A stretch of DNA of 64,000 nucleotides from an uncultured delta proteobacterium. Its GTDB lineage: Bacteria; Myxococcota_A; UBA9160; SZUA-336. Every line of letters begins with the position of its first letter. Position 1 is the first letter of the stretch. The position numbers and the translations under genes were made by a program. Below are positions 1-10,789 of this stretch, piece after piece. Below the pieces are notes generated by a model, which saw only the letters and a list, made by a program, of their open reading frames with translations, did not search any database and was not told the origin of the DNA. The stretch is from positions 128,001-192,000 of the forward strand of contig CAVPHD010000012.1 of NCBI GenBank assembly GCA_963704165.1, read 5' to 3'.

Positions 1-1550
1 TGCGCGATCTTGTGTCGGGATAGCGCGAGAAGCTGGCGGGTCAGAGCCGCCGCTCGCGTAGTCGCCTCCGAGATCTCGTGCGCGGCCGTGGCGGCTTCAC
101 CGGGGCCGAGCGACGTCTCGAGCACCGCCGCGTAGCCGCCGATCACCGTGAGCAGGTTGTTGAAGTCGTGCGCGACTCCACCCGCCAGACGTCCGATTGC
201 CTCCATCTTCTGCGCCTGGCGAAGCTGTTCCTGGAGCGAGCGCTCCTCGGTGAGATCACGGGACTGCACGATCAACCGCACTTCGCCTTTGGCATTCGAG
301 TATCGAACGACGGAGCTGCCGAGCCAGACGACTCCTCCGTCGGGGAGGATGGACCGGTACAAAAGGTACCTCGGCACACCGTCCAAAGCCGTCTGAGTGA
401 ACCGTCGCTCGCACTGCTCTCGGTCGTCGGGGTGGATCAGGTCGAACCGTCTTCGCGAGCGGTACTCCTCGACGTCGATGCCCAGCATCTCGTAGACCCG
501 CCGGTTCGCGAAGACGATCTCCCCCGATGCGTCGAACTCGCGGATCATGTCCGGAGCGTTCTCGGCCAGGAGCCGGTAGCGCTCTTCGCTCTCGCGAAGT
601 GCCGCCTCGGTCCGCCGCTGCTCGGTCACGTCGCGGGCCACGGTGACCACGCGTCTGCGACCTTTGGCATCGACATAGGCCGCCGCGGTCGCTTCGAGAA
701 AGCCGGGCTTTCCGTTCGCACCGAAGGTGCGAAACACCGCGCGATCCGCGCCTCCGTTCTCTGCGAGCGTGCGGAGCTGACTCATGACCCGGGGTGCGTC
801 GTCCGGGTGCATCCACGCATCGAGACTCTCGTTGCGGAACTCCGCGAGCGTCGCCCGGCCCGCGCCCGCGATCGCACTCGCATTCCCGTAGATCACGCGC
901 GCGTCCGGGCCGAGCTCCAGGATCATGTCGGGAGCGTGATCGGCGATCGCGCGGAAGCGCGCAGCGCTCTCCCGCTCGCGCGCGCGCGAGCGATTCGCCT
1001 GATGCGCCGCGATCGAAACGATCGCGGCGATGCCGATGTAGACGGACGACTGCATCAGCCACATTCCCAAGGTCATCGATGGACCCCAGTTGGGAGGTGT
1101 CTGCATCTCTGCGCCGAAGAGCGTGAAGACCGGAAAGACCGAGACCGCGAGAACGCTGAGGACGACGGCGCCTCTCGGCCCCAGGAGCAACCCGGCGATC
1201 ACGATCGGGACCAGGAAGGACGAGATCACCGGCGACGCGGTACCCACAGTCACGAAAAACCCGATCGCGAGGACGGCCCACCCACCGATCACGAGCACCC
1301 AGGCGCTGACCTTGGCCCGTCCGAAGCGCAGCGGCACCAGCGAACTGACGACCGCGACGATCATCGCGACGGTGACGAGCGTGCGCGGTCGGGGGTCGGG
1401 CCTGAGGAACCAGATCACGAGCGCCTGTGCGGTGAGGGCTGGAACAAGGACTAGCCCCATTCCTTGAATGATCGAGGCGATCCGGCTCTCTTCCTCGTCG
1501 GGAAACTCGGGAGGAGCGAGCAGGCCGCGAAGTCGTGCCAGGAGCTGCAC
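1..1550 (-). CDS. Membrane-bound PAS-domain sensor histidine kinase (CckA/NtrB-like), 3' end beyond window edge
   Basis: Manual translation of the minus strand from GTG 1550: N-terminal TM helices, PAS segments ([15 protein letters not shown]) and H-box [28 protein letters not shown]. Absent from the ORF track because it runs off the edge. Confidence 0.88.
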   Translation of the reverse strand, partial: MQLLARLRGLLAPPEFPDEEESRIASIIQGMGLVLVPALTAQALVIWFLRPDPRPRTLVTVAMIVAVVSSLVPLRFGRAKVSAWVLVIGGWAVLAIGFFVTVGTASPVISSFLVPIVIAGLLLGPRGAVVLSVLAVSVFPVFTLFGAEMQTPPNWGPSMTLGMWLMQSSVYIGIAAIVSIAAHQANRSRARERESAARFRAIADHAPDMILELGPDARVIYGNASAIAGAGRATLAEFRNESLDAWMHPDDAPRVMSQLRTLAENGGADRAVFRTFGANGKPGFLEATAAAYVDAKGRRRVVTVARDVTEQRRTEAALRESEERYRLLAENAPDMIREFDASGEIVFANRRVYEMLGIDVEEYRSRRRFDLIHPDDREQCERRFTQTALDGVPRYLLYRSILPDGGVVWLGSSVVRYSNAKGEVRLIVQSRDLTEERSLQEQLRQAQKMEAIGRLAGGVAHDFNNLLTVIGGYAAVLETSLGPGEAATAAHEISEATTRAAALTRQLLALSRHKIA

Positions 1551-1582
1551 GAGCCAGAGACTAACAGCCCGTCGCGCCTCGG

Positions 1583-2359
1583 TCAGTCACCGGCGAGTGA
1601 CAAAAAGCGCTCCAACATCGCATTCACCTGATCGGGGACTTCGAGCTGGTGAAAGTGCCCCGCGCCCGCGGTCTGCGCGGTCTGAAGATGCGTGCAGAGC
1701 GTGCGGAACCGGATCCGGTCGGCAACCGGGGCCTCGGCGTCGATCAGGAGCGCGGGAACCCGGCAGGCGCGCGCGGCACTCTCGCTGTCGAAGGCGAACA
1801 GATTCCGGAAGGCGGAGTGCATGACGTGCTGCGGCGTCGCGCACATCGCCTCGACGATCCGCTCCCTTCGAGCAGCGTCGTCGGTCGGCGAGAAGAGACG
1901 GTCGCGCATGAAGCCGGCGGCGATTCCGAGATGTCCGGGCCCGCCGAGCGCGTCGATGAACGGCCGGATGGACTTGCGCACGACCTCGGGCACGACCACG
2001 GCCGGGTCACAGAGCGCGATCGCACGCGGAAGTCCCGGATGCCGAACGGCGGTCGCGAGCGCGACCGCGCCTCCCAGGCTGTGACCGACGAGCGCCGGTC
2101 TCTCGATGCCGAGCTCGCCGCAGAGCCAGGCGAGATCGTCGGCGAAACCCTCGATCGTGTACTCCTGCTCGGGCTTGTCGCTCGAGCCGAAACCCCGCTG
2201 GTCGATCGACACGACCCGGTGTCGGGTCGAGAAGTACGCCGCCTGCGGCGCGAAGTAGCTCGAGTCGCAACACCAGCCGTGGATGAAGACGATCGGCGCG
2301 GCGCCCGTGCCAGCTTCCTCGTAACAGATTCTCACACCGTCGCGAACGAGGTTCTTCAT
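1583..2359 (-). CDS. Alpha/beta fold hydrolase
   Basis: FIHGW oxyanion motif, GHSLG nucleophile elbow, C-terminal GHF catalytic His. Confidence 0.9.
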   Translation of the reverse strand: MKNLVRDGVRICYEEAGTGAAPIVFIHGWCCDSSYFAPQAAYFSTRHRVVSIDQRGFGSSDKPEQEYTIEGFADDLAWLCGELGIERPALVGHSLGGAVALATAVRHPGLPRAIALCDPAVVVPEVVRKSIRPFIDALGGPGHLGIAAGFMRDRLFSPTDDAARRERIVEAMCATPQHVMHSAFRNLFAFDSESAARACRVPALLIDAEAPVADRIRFRTLCTHLQTAQTAGAGHFHQLEVPDQVNAMLERFLSLAGD

Positions 2360-2811
2360 AGCCAGTCCAGATCCTCCCAGAAGACCGCGAGAAGCTCCGT
2401 GTCACTCGAGATCGTCCAGGACTCGAGAACGTCCTGGTCGATCATGAGGTAGGCACCTGCGAACGATCCACGGACGTCGATCTCTCGACGTGTCTTCGCA
2501 ACGGACAGCCGGGCCTCGATCGCCCGATTCAGCTCGTCCCGCGCAAGCGGCTCGCAGAGCGCGTTCCCGACGATCGGCTCGAACCGCTCCGGTACGCCCG
2601 CGCGCTCGAGCCAGACGCGGAGCGCGTGGGCCCAGAACTCGAACTCCGTCGTGAACCCGCGGATCGGCGCGCGAAGCCAGGTCATGCGTTGCTGCGTCCC
2701 GGTCGCGCGGAAGTCCTCGGGCAGGAGCGCGTCGCAGACGAAGCCTGAGAATGGATGCGCGCGTGCGTCTTCGACGATTCTGCGCAAGACGCTCGTCGGC
2801 TGAATGCTCAT
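2356..2811 (-). CDS. Hypothetical protein (~151 aa)
   Basis: ORF from ATG 2811 (MSIQPTSVLRR); 4-bp overlap with the downstream hydrolase start; protein-like composition. Confidence 0.55.
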   Translation of the reverse strand: MSIQPTSVLRRIVEDARAHPFSGFVCDALLPEDFRATGTQQRMTWLRAPIRGFTTEFEFWAHALRVWLERAGVPERFEPIVGNALCEPLARDELNRAIEARLSVAKTRREIDVRGSFAGAYLMIDQDVLESWTISSDTELLAVFWEDLDWL

Positions 2812-2878
2812 CTCGGTCGGGCACGGTACCACGGGTCGCGCCTTCCCTCGACCGCTTCGTTCGCGGTAGAGTCGCGCG

Positions 2879-4051
2879 ATGCAGAGCGGCTGGGATCCGT
2901 CGAAGATCGATCTCTCGCTCGACTCGCGCGCGGTCACGTTCGAGAATCCGACCGGCGCGCGCGGCGCGGGCGGAACGGCCTTCGGCGGCCGCAAGGGCGC
3001 GCCGATGCGCGAGCTCGCGCCCGGCGAGAAAGTCGTGCTCGCCGATCTCGAGGGTCCGGGCACGATCCGGCACGTGTGGATGACCTTTCCACCCGCGCGA
3101 CCGGAATGGATGCGCGCGCTCGTGCTCGAGGTCTTCTACGACGGCGCGAGCGAACCGTCGATCTCGGTGCCGTGCCTGGACTTCTTCGGCCTTCCGCACG
3201 GACGGCCCGCACACTACGTGTCGGCGCTCACCGCCGCGCAACAGGGCCGCGGCTTCAACGCATACCTGCCCATTCCGTTCCACCGTCGAATTCGCATCGA
3301 GCTCACGAACGGCGCCGCGCGCCCGATGTACCTCTACTACCAGCTCGACTACACGCTCGAACGACAGCTCTCTCCCGACACCGGACTGCTCCACGTCTCG
3401 TTCCGCCGCGAGAACCCGACGCGCCTTCGCGAGGACTTCACGATCGCGAAGGGACTGCGCGGGCCTGGGCGATATCTCGGCTGCAGCGTCGGAATCCGAC
3501 CGCTTCCCGCCGACCACTTCACCTGGTACGGGGAGGGCGAGCTGAAGATCTATCGAGACGGCGACACCACCCACCCGACGATCTGCGGCACCGGCCTCGA
3601 GGACTACGTCGGCACGGCCTGGGGCATGGGCCAGCACTTCGCGCTCTACGGCGGTGTACCGCTCGAAGTGCGCGCGCCCGACGGTCCCGCGATCCCCGAG
3701 TTCACGAGCTTCTACCGCTGGCACGTGCTCGATCCCGTCGTCTTCGAGCGGGAGCTCCGAGTCACCATCCAGCAGATCGGGTACGTGATCGTGCCGAAGA
3801 GCGCCGAGGCCGGGTTCGAGAGCTTCGCGCGCGCGACCCCGGCCGCGGGCCGCGGGTGGCTGCGCGACAACCCCGCCCTCGCGGCGCACGGCCTCGGCGA
3901 ACGCGTGGACGACTACTGCGCGACCGCCTACGTGTACTGCCGCGAAGCCCAGCCGGTGCCGAGGCTCGATCTCGCGGAGGCGACGGCGGACATCGAGCGA
4001 CGTCCGTTCGAGAGCAAGTCGGATCCGAAGCAGGTTCTCGGCGTCGTCTGA
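2879..4051 (+). CDS. DUF2961 / GH172-like glycoside hydrolase
   Basis: GPGTIRHVWMT, WYGEGELKIYRDGD, GTGLEDY and FYRWHVLDPV motifs typical of DUF2961. Confidence 0.85.
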   Translation: MQSGWDPSKIDLSLDSRAVTFENPTGARGAGGTAFGGRKGAPMRELAPGEKVVLADLEGPGTIRHVWMTFPPARPEWMRALVLEVFYDGASEPSISVPCLDFFGLPHGRPAHYVSALTAAQQGRGFNAYLPIPFHRRIRIELTNGAARPMYLYYQLDYTLERQLSPDTGLLHVSFRRENPTRLREDFTIAKGLRGPGRYLGCSVGIRPLPADHFTWYGEGELKIYRDGDTTHPTICGTGLEDYVGTAWGMGQHFALYGGVPLEVRAPDGPAIPEFTSFYRWHVLDPVVFERELRVTIQQIGYVIVPKSAEAGFESFARATPAAGRGWLRDNPALAAHGLGERVDDYCATAYVYCREAQPVPRLDLAEATADIERRPFESKSDPKQVLGVV

Positions 4052-4052
4052 C

Positions 4053-5483
4053 TCAGCCCGCCGCTCTGCGACGCTCCGCCAGCTCGAGCTGGATCTCGAC
4101 GACGCGTGCAGCGGTCAGCGAGTAACGGACCAGGAAGACGAACGCGATCAGCCCGAGCAGGAAGATCCCCGGTCCGTACAGGATGCCGAGATGCCGCACG
4201 ACCTCGGGCGCGACCTGTCCCGGAACGGCTTTCTCTGGGAACGCGATCAGGTCGATCGCGACGCCGGCGATCAGGTGACCGAGGCCGGACGAGGCCTTGC
4301 CCGAGAACGCGATCGCGCCGAAGAAGATGCCCTCTTGTCGCCGGCCGGTGTCGAACTCGTGCTCATCGACGAGGTCGGCCATCATCGACCCGGCCGCGAT
4401 CAGCGCCGCGGCACCGCCGAACGCGGCGAGAAACCCGCAGAGCGATAGCAGAGCGATGCTGAGACCGCTCTGCTCCTTCGCGGGCCAGAACTCGGCGAGC
4501 TTCAGCAAGAGCGGGAGCATGGCGAAGATCGCGAAGACGAGCGTACCGACGAGGAACGTCGGTTTCTTGTCGAGTCTTCGCGAAGCCAGCGTCCAGAACG
4601 GCACACCGAGCACGAGTCCCGCCACGCTGATCACGCCGACGATCAGGATCTGCTGCGTCGTGAGCTCCCAGAAGTGCGTCGACACGTGCAGGCCGAGTTC
4701 CATCTGCACACCTCGCATCACGAAGAACACGAGAACGCCGACGAAGAGCGAGCGGAACGACGGACTCGCGAGCGCGTCTCGAAGCTCGCTCGCGAGCCGC
4801 TTCAGGTTGAACGCACCGTGGGCGTGCAGAGGCTCGAGCAGATGTCGGATTCGCGAATGCGTACCTGCCGCCGACACGAGAACGACGATCACCGACGCGG
4901 CGGCGAAGAACATCGCGTAGGCCGGATACGCGCTCGGGTTCAGCTGACCCGTCGGGAACTCGGGCGTCGCACGCATGAAGAGGCCGAGTCCGAGCGTGAG
5001 CGTGATGAGCCCGCCCAGAACGCCGAAGACCGTGCGATAGCCGACGATCGCGGTGCGCTCGTGGTAGTCGGCGGTCAGCTCGGCACCGAGTGCGTTGTGC
5101 GGAACCAGGTAGGCGGCCATGGTCGCGCGCACCGCGACGGCCGTCACCGTCAGCCAGACGAAGAGCCCCGTCTGTCCGAGTCCCTCGGGCGGCACGAACA
5201 GCAGGTAGAACGTGATCCCGAACGGGATGGCCGCGGCGTACATGAACGGGTGGCGGCGTCCCCATCTGGATTTGTTCGCGTCCGAGAGCGATCCGATCAT
5301 CGGATCGATGATCGCGTCGAAGATCAGCGCGATCGCGGTCGCCAGACCCGCGAGCGTGCCCGAGAGCCCGAGCACCTGGTTGTAGTAGAAGAAAAGGAAC
5401 GTCTCGAAGGAGCTGTTCTTGAAGCCTTCGCCGAGCTGTCCGATTCCGTACGCGAGCTTGGTGGTGAGGTGCAGCTTTGACAC
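4053..5483 (-). CDS. MFS transporter, GPH (MelB-like glycoside-pentoside-hexuronide) family
   Basis: FDAIIDPMIGSLSD, SRWGRRHPF and TGRRQEG motifs; about 12 TM segments. Confidence 0.9.
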   Translation of the reverse strand: MSKLHLTTKLAYGIGQLGEGFKNSSFETFLFFYYNQVLGLSGTLAGLATAIALIFDAIIDPMIGSLSDANKSRWGRRHPFMYAAAIPFGITFYLLFVPPEGLGQTGLFVWLTVTAVAVRATMAAYLVPHNALGAELTADYHERTAIVGYRTVFGVLGGLITLTLGLGLFMRATPEFPTGQLNPSAYPAYAMFFAAASVIVVLVSAAGTHSRIRHLLEPLHAHGAFNLKRLASELRDALASPSFRSLFVGVLVFFVMRGVQMELGLHVSTHFWELTTQQILIVGVISVAGLVLGVPFWTLASRRLDKKPTFLVGTLVFAIFAMLPLLLKLAEFWPAKEQSGLSIALLSLCGFLAAFGGAAALIAAGSMMADLVDEHEFDTGRRQEGIFFGAIAFSGKASSGLGHLIAGVAIDLIAFPEKAVPGQVAPEVVRHLGILYGPGIFLLGLIAFVFLVRYSLTAARVVEIQLELAERRRAAG

Positions 5484-5532
5484 GCGCGCATTCTAGGTGA
5501 ACGGCTCAGGCAGCGTCGGGACCGCGTCTTCC

Positions 5533-6324
5533 CTACTTGGGCGGGATGAACTGCTTGAAGAGCGGAACCAGGTTCGGGCCCTTGCGAATCGTGTGACCGC
5601 CGTCGACGGCGATGAGCTGGCCCGTGATCCAGCTCGCCTCGTCGGAGAGAAGGAACGCGACCAGCCGGCCCACGTCTTCGGGCTCGCCGATGCGCGAGAT
5701 CGGCATCAGCGACAGGTACTCGTCGCGAGAGATGGGGACCGTGGCGAGCGCAGCTGCCAGGGGTGTGTGCACGATGCCCGGAAGAACCGAGTTCACGCGG
5801 ATCCGGTGCTCGCCGAGCTCGTCGGCGGCGCAGCGCGTCAGCATGTCGAGGCCGGCCTTCGAGACGCAGTACGAGCTCATCCACGGGTGCGTGAGCGCGC
5901 CGGCGATCGAGCTGATGTTCACGATGCTGCCGCCGCCGGCCTCGACCATCGCGCGCGCCTCGGCACGCGTGCATCGGAACGCGCCGGTGAGATTCGTCGC
6001 GAGCACGCGCTCGAACTCCTCCGTCGTCGTCTGCAGCAGCGGCCCGGCGGCTCCGATTCCCGCGCAGTTCACCGCGACGTGGAGCGCGCCGAAGCGCCGC
6101 ACCGTCGCCTCGACCGCGGCGTCGACCGACTTGTCGTCGGTGACGTCGCACGCCACCCAGGCGGCGTTCGGACCGAGGGCCTCCGCCGCCTCGCGCAGCG
6201 TGTCCTCGCGGCGGGCGCAGATCATCACCTTCCCCCCGGAGGCGACGATCGTCTGCGCGCAGGCGAAGCCGATCCCCGTCGCACCCGCCGTTACGAACGC
6301 GACCTTTCCCGATAGATCCGGCAT
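5533..6324 (-). CDS. Short-chain dehydrogenase/reductase (SDR)
   Basis: Starts MPDLSGKVAFVTAGATGIG; NCAG, YCVSK (YxxxK) and ITGQLIAVDGG motifs; RBS GGGGGAG upstream. Confidence 0.92.
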   Translation of the reverse strand: MPDLSGKVAFVTAGATGIGFACAQTIVASGGKVMICARREDTLREAAEALGPNAAWVACDVTDDKSVDAAVEATVRRFGALHVAVNCAGIGAAGPLLQTTTEEFERVLATNLTGAFRCTRAEARAMVEAGGGSIVNISSIAGALTHPWMSSYCVSKAGLDMLTRCAADELGEHRIRVNSVLPGIVHTPLAAALATVPISRDEYLSLMPISRIGEPEDVGRLVAFLLSDEASWITGQLIAVDGGHTIRKGPNLVPLFKQFIPPK

Positions 6325-6398
6325 CCGCTCCCCCCTTGATGTGAAGTCGTCGGCTTCGATTCTAGCCCGGTGAGCGCGAGCCGGAGCCTCACGGCCGC

Positions 6399-7568
6399 CT
6401 AGCCTGCGATCGCGTCGAGCCCCGTCAGCTGCTTCCCGATGATCAGCGTGTGGATGTCGTGCGTGCCCTCGTAGGTCCGCACGGTCTCCAGGTTCACCAT
6501 GTGCCGCATCGAGCAGTAGTCGTCGACGATCCCGTTCGCGCCGAGCATGTCGCGCGCGAGCCGGGCGATCTGCAAGGCCATGTCCACGTTGTTCATCTTC
6601 GCCATCGACACCATCGCGTGTTGAAGCTTCCCCGCGTCCTTGAGCCGCCCGAGCTGGAGTGCGAGCAGCTGGGCTTTGGTGATCTCGGTCGCCATGAACG
6701 TGAGCTTCTGCTGCGGAATCTGAAGCGAGCCAAGTGGACGATCGAAGACGATTCGCTCCCGCGCGTAGTGGAGCGCCTCCGAGTAGCAGGCCTGCGCCGC
6801 GCCGATCGCCCCCCAGGCGATTCCGTAACGCGCTTGCGTCAGGCATCCGAGCGGCCCCTTCAATCCCTTCACCCCGGGCAATCGGTTCGCCTCCGGGACG
6901 CGGACATCGGACAGGAAGAGCTCGCTCGTGATCGAGCCGCGCAGCGAGAACTTCCCCTTCATGTCGCGCGCCTCGAAGCCGGGCGTGCCCGCTTCGACCA
7001 GGAAGCCCTGGATCTCGTCGTCGGTCTGCGCCCAGACGATCGCGACCTGCGCGACGCTGCCGTTCGTGATCCAACGCTTGGTGCCGTTCAGGACCCAGCC
7101 GTCGCCCGATCGCTTCGCGCGCGTCAGCATGCCACCGGGGTTCGAGCCGTAGTCGGGTTCGGTCAGTCCGAAGCAGCCGATCACGCGGCCCTCGGCCATC
7201 GGCGGCAGCCAGCGCTCCTTCTGCGCGTCCGTGCCGTACGCGTAGATCGGATACATGCACAGTCCGCCCTGCACGGACGCGAAGCTGCGCAGACCCGAGT
7301 CGCCACGCTCGAGCTCCTGCATGACCAGCCCGTACGCGACGTTGTTCATGCCGGCGCAGCCGTAGCCGTGAAGGTTCGCGCCGAACAGACCCAGCTCGGC
7401 CATCTTGGGCACGAGCTCCATCGGAAACGATCCGTCCTGCCGGACGTGAGCAATCACGACGGGCAGGAATTCCTTCTCTACGAACTCGCGAACCGTGTCG
7501 CGCACGATGCGCTCTTCGGGCTCGAGCGAGTCCTCGATCCGGTAGAAGTCGAGCGGCTCGAAAGACAT
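6399..7568 (-). CDS. gcdH: Acyl-CoA dehydrogenase, glutaryl-CoA dehydrogenase-like
   Basis: ELERGDSGLRSFASVQ, GCFGLTEPDYGSNP and TYEGTHDIH motifs characteristic of GCDH. Confidence 0.85.
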   Translation of the reverse strand: MSFEPLDFYRIEDSLEPEERIVRDTVREFVEKEFLPVVIAHVRQDGSFPMELVPKMAELGLFGANLHGYGCAGMNNVAYGLVMQELERGDSGLRSFASVQGGLCMYPIYAYGTDAQKERWLPPMAEGRVIGCFGLTEPDYGSNPGGMLTRAKRSGDGWVLNGTKRWITNGSVAQVAIVWAQTDDEIQGFLVEAGTPGFEARDMKGKFSLRGSITSELFLSDVRVPEANRLPGVKGLKGPLGCLTQARYGIAWGAIGAAQACYSEALHYARERIVFDRPLGSLQIPQQKLTFMATEITKAQLLALQLGRLKDAGKLQHAMVSMAKMNNVDMALQIARLARDMLGANGIVDDYCSMRHMVNLETVRTYEGTHDIHTLIIGKQLTGLDAIAG

Positions 7569-7570
7569 CT

Positions 7571-7603
7571 GCGCCTCCGGAAGCGATGAGCTTCCGGAGG
7601 CGC
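7571..7603. repeat. Perfect 14-bp inverted repeat (hairpin) overlapping the gcdH RBS
   Basis: GCGCCTCCGGAAGC-gatga-GCTTCCGGAGGCGC. Confidence 0.85.
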
Positions 7604-7608
7604 GGAGA

Positions 7609-7980
7609 TCAGCCGGCTTCGCTGTGGTGAGCGCGCGAGGCCGACCGGCCCTCGGAGAGCTCGGAAAGCTGCTTCGAGATCTTGTTCATCCGCTTGTTCA
7701 GCTTCTCGATCTCGTGCTTCGAGGCAATACCAAAGACGTCGTAGATCTGCGAGCGACTCGAATCGACGCGGTGCTCGAGATCCTTCCGGGCGCTCTCGGC
7801 GCGCTTGTAGAGATCGCTCTCCTGAACGCGCACCTGCAGCTTCTCGGCGCGTTTCTTCACATCGCGCTCGAGCTTTCGACGCTGGTGGTCGAAGCGCTCG
7901 CGCAGATCCTGGAGCTGCTCGTCGAGGCTCTTGAGCGCGTCGTTGAATCGGTCGAACCCACTGCTTCGGGTCTGGGCCAT
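7609..7980 (-). CDS. Phasin-like (PHA granule-associated) coiled-coil protein
   Basis: Charged helical 123 aa with C-terminal FGIASKHEIEKLNKRMNKISKQL, resembling the PhaI/PhaF-type tail; strong RBS AAGGAGG. Confidence 0.65.
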   Translation of the reverse strand: MAQTRSSGFDRFNDALKSLDEQLQDLRERFDHQRRKLERDVKKRAEKLQVRVQESDLYKRAESARKDLEHRVDSSRSQIYDVFGIASKHEIEKLNKRMNKISKQLSELSEGRSASRAHHSEAG

Positions 7981-8016
7981 TTCGATTTCCTCCTTGTTTC
8001 TCTCGGGACGACGCGG

Positions 8017-8044
8017 AAACTAACACGATGCGTCAGAGCGTCAA
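8017..8044 (-). promoter_or_regulatory. Putative sigma70 promoter for the phasin-like gene
   Basis: Minus strand TTGACG-N16-TAGTTT with TG extended -10, in an AT-richer intergenic region. Confidence 0.45.
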
Positions 8045-8137
8045 GGGAGGATCTTTTCGTGTGTTTTTCGATAGTTGGACCCGGAATCGCCCTTCCGGCT
8101 CAGGCGATTACAACGCGCCGAGTCGTAACTCCACGGC

Positions 8138-9147
8138 CTACCAGCGGATCAGCGCCGAGCCCCAGGTGAAGCCCGACCCGAAGCCCGCCATCGCGATCAG
8201 GTCACCCTCGCGGATGCGTCCGGCCTGAAGGCATTCGTGCAAGAGCATCGGAATCGAGGCCGCGGAGCAGTTCCCGTACTTCTGGATGTTGTTGTAGCTG
8301 CGTTCCGGCGGGATCCCGAGCCTTTGCGCGACGAACTCGTTGATGCGCAGGTTGGCCTGGTGGAAGAGGAACAGGCTCGACGTCCGAGATCTGGCACTTG
8401 TTCTGGGCGAGCGCCTCTTCGATCACCTCGGGCATGCGCTGCACGGCGTGCTTGAAGACGAAGCGGCCCTCCATCACGCGGGAACTGCCGACCTTCGTCG
8501 AGCATCTCGTGCGTGATCCGCTGCGGCCAGAACGACGACCCGGGCGCTTCGACCCAGAGCTTCTTGGCGTACTTGCCCTCGGCATGGGTGTGGACCGAGA
8601 GGATTCCGCGGTTCGGATCGGGTGAGGCCTCGAGCACGACCGCGCCCGCGCCGTCACCGAAGATCACGGCCACGTCGCGGCCGCGGGTCGTGAAATCCAT
8701 GCCCGTCGAATGCACCTCCGCGCCGACGACGAGCACGCGGTCGTACTGTCCCGACGCGACGTAGAGCTCGCCGACCTGCAGCGCGTAGAGGAAACCCGTG
8801 CACTGGCAGCGCACGTCCATCGCCGGGCAGCCGGCGATCCCGAGGTGGTCCTGCAGGAAGCACGCGATGCCCGGGAAATCGTGGTGCGGCGAGAGCGACG
8901 CGACGACGATCGCATCGACCTGCTCGGGCGTGATGCCCGCATTCGCGATCGCCTGTTTCGCGGCCTCGTGAGCGAGTTCCGCCGGACCCATTCCCGCATC
9001 GACGTGATGGCGCTCGACGACGCCCGTGCGCTGCTGAATCCACTCGTCGCTCGTATCCATCAGCTTCGTCAGGTCGGCGTTCGTCACCACGCGCGGCGGC
9101 ACGAACATGCCGGTGCCCGCGACCCGAACGCTGCGCATCACCCTCAT
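8138..9147 (-). CDS. fabH: 3-oxoacyl-ACP synthase III (FabH family); two apparent frameshifts (~8478, ~8377)
   Basis: DTSDEWIQQRTG, CQCTGF (catalytic Cys), FGDGAGA, then in other frames HQANLRI, YGNCSAASIP and GFGSGFTWG; TAG stop at 8138-8140. Confidence 0.9.
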
Positions 9148-10778
9148 CCCTCACCTCCCTCGAAAACGACTCGCTCCACGGCTTGCAGCATCTCCTCGAT
9201 GCCGTCGCCGTTCAAGGCTGAAATCGGAACACCATTGAACCGCTTCGCCAGATTATCGCGCTCCTCGGGCGAGATCCGATCCGACTTGTTCAGGACGGGG
9301 ATCTCCGGTTTGTCGTCGAGCCCGAGCTCGGCCAGGATCTTGCGCACCGCGTCGATCTGCTGCACGAGCTGCGGGCTCGAAGCGTCGATCACGTGCAGGA
9401 GTGCCGTCGCGTCGCGGATTTCCTCGAGCGTCGATTTGAAGCCCGCGACGAGCTCGGGCGGGAGATCGCGAATGAACCCGACCGTGTCGGTGATGATCAC
9501 GTCCCGCTCGCGTGGAAAGCGCAGCCTGCGGGCCGAGGTATCGACCGTCGCGAAGAGCTTGTCCGCGGCGTGCACCTCGCTCTTCGTGAGCCGGTTCAGA
9601 AGCGTCGACTTCCCGGCATTCGTGTAGCCGACGATCGAGAGCACCGGCAGACCTTCGCTCTTGCGCCGCGCGCGCCGGGTTTCGCGCTGGCGCGTGACTT
9701 CCCGGAGGTTGCGCTCGAGCAGCGTGATGCGGTCGCGCACGCGCCGGCGGTCGGTCTCGAGCTTGGTCTCCCCGGGTCCGCGTCCCCCGATGCCGCCCTG
9801 CAGTCGGCTCATGCCCTCGCTCTGACCGGCGAGCCTCGGCAGGCGGTACTTCTGCTGCGCGAGCTCGACTTGCAGCTTCGCCTCCTTGGTGCGCGCGTTC
9901 TGCGCGAAGATGTCGAGGATCAGCTGCGTGCGGTCGACGATGCGCGCCTCGACGATGTCGGTGATGCCGCGCAGCTGGCCGGACGAGAGATCGCGATCGA
10001 AGAGCACGAGCGTCGCTCCGCGCTGCCACGCGCGCGTGACGAGATCCTTGATCTTGCCGGGCCCGACCAGGTAGCGCGGATCGGGACGCGGCCGACGCTG
10101 CCGCACGACGTCGACGATCTGCAGACCCGCGGTCCTCGCGAGCTCGCGCATCTCGTCGCAGCGCTCGTCGGCGAACGGGTCGTTCCCCAGCTCGACGCAG
10201 ACCAGCACCGCGCGCTCGCCCTTGCCGTCGACGGCGATGCCCTTCTGCGCTTCTCCGAAACGCGCTTCGAGCTCGTCGATCCACTCCAGGTAGTCGAAGT
10301 CCAGCCGGCTCGGAGACACGAGATCGTGGTGGGTGACGGTCTCGCCCGAGGCGTCCGGCGGCTGAAGCGATGCGTAGTCGACCTTGTCGGGAAGACCCTT
10401 GCCATCGACGAGCACGGCGACCATCGCGTCGAGCCGAAGCAGCGCGAGATCGGTCATGTCGTCCTGCGTGAGTCGCTCGCCGCCGAGATGCGTGTGGATG
10501 CAGCGAAGACCGCGGAAGCGCCCGGCGCCCGCGCGCACGCGCTTGAAGTCGGGCAGCGTGATCGAGAGTGCGTCGCCCACCATCACGTACTCGACGCGGC
10601 CACCGCGGCCGACGAGCACGCCGACCTGCCGGCCGCACTCGAACGAGAGCTCGGAGAGCTGACGCGCGAACTCCTGGGTGACGAGGCGATCACGCGGCAG
10701 CTTGCGCTTGTACAGGTTCTCGAGGCGCCGGAGCAGGCTGGCCTTCAGTCCGTAGGTCTGACCGTAGAGGTCGGAGAT
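9144..10778 (-). CDS. hflX: Ribosome-splitting GTPase HflX (long N-terminal type), probable non-canonical ATC start
   Basis: GRGPGETKLETDRR, GYTNAGKSTL, DKLFATVD, DTVGF and NKSD motifs; the frame stays open and HflX-like (ISDLYGQTYGLKASLLRRLENLYKRK) 53 codons upstream of the first canonical start at 10619. Confidence 0.92.
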   Translation of the reverse strand: MSDLYGQTYGLKASLLRRLENLYKRKLPRDRLVTQEFARQLSELSFECGRQVGVLVGRGGRVEYVMVGDALSITLPDFKRVRAGAGRFRGLRCIHTHLGGERLTQDDMTDLALLRLDAMVAVLVDGKGLPDKVDYASLQPPDASGETVTHHDLVSPSRLDFDYLEWIDELEARFGEAQKGIAVDGKGERAVLVCVELGNDPFADERCDEMRELARTAGLQIVDVVRQRRPRPDPRYLVGPGKIKDLVTRAWQRGATLVLFDRDLSSGQLRGITDIVEARIVDRTQLILDIFAQNARTKEAKLQVELAQQKYRLPRLAGQSEGMSRLQGGIGGRGPGETKLETDRRRVRDRITLLERNLREVTRQRETRRARRKSEGLPVLSIVGYTNAGKSTLLNRLTKSEVHAADKLFATVDTSARRLRFPRERDVIITDTVGFIRDLPPELVAGFKSTLEEIRDATALLHVIDASSPQLVQQIDAVRKILAELGLDDKPEIPVLNKSDRISPEERDNLAKRFNGVPISALNGDGIEEMLQAVERVVFEGGEG

Positions 10779-10789
10779 CGTGGTCCCCT

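Noticed and set aside
6325..7260. N-terminal extension making the SDR 575 aa
   Set aside because: Overlaps the acyl-CoA dehydrogenase in another frame; the RBS supports ATG 6324.
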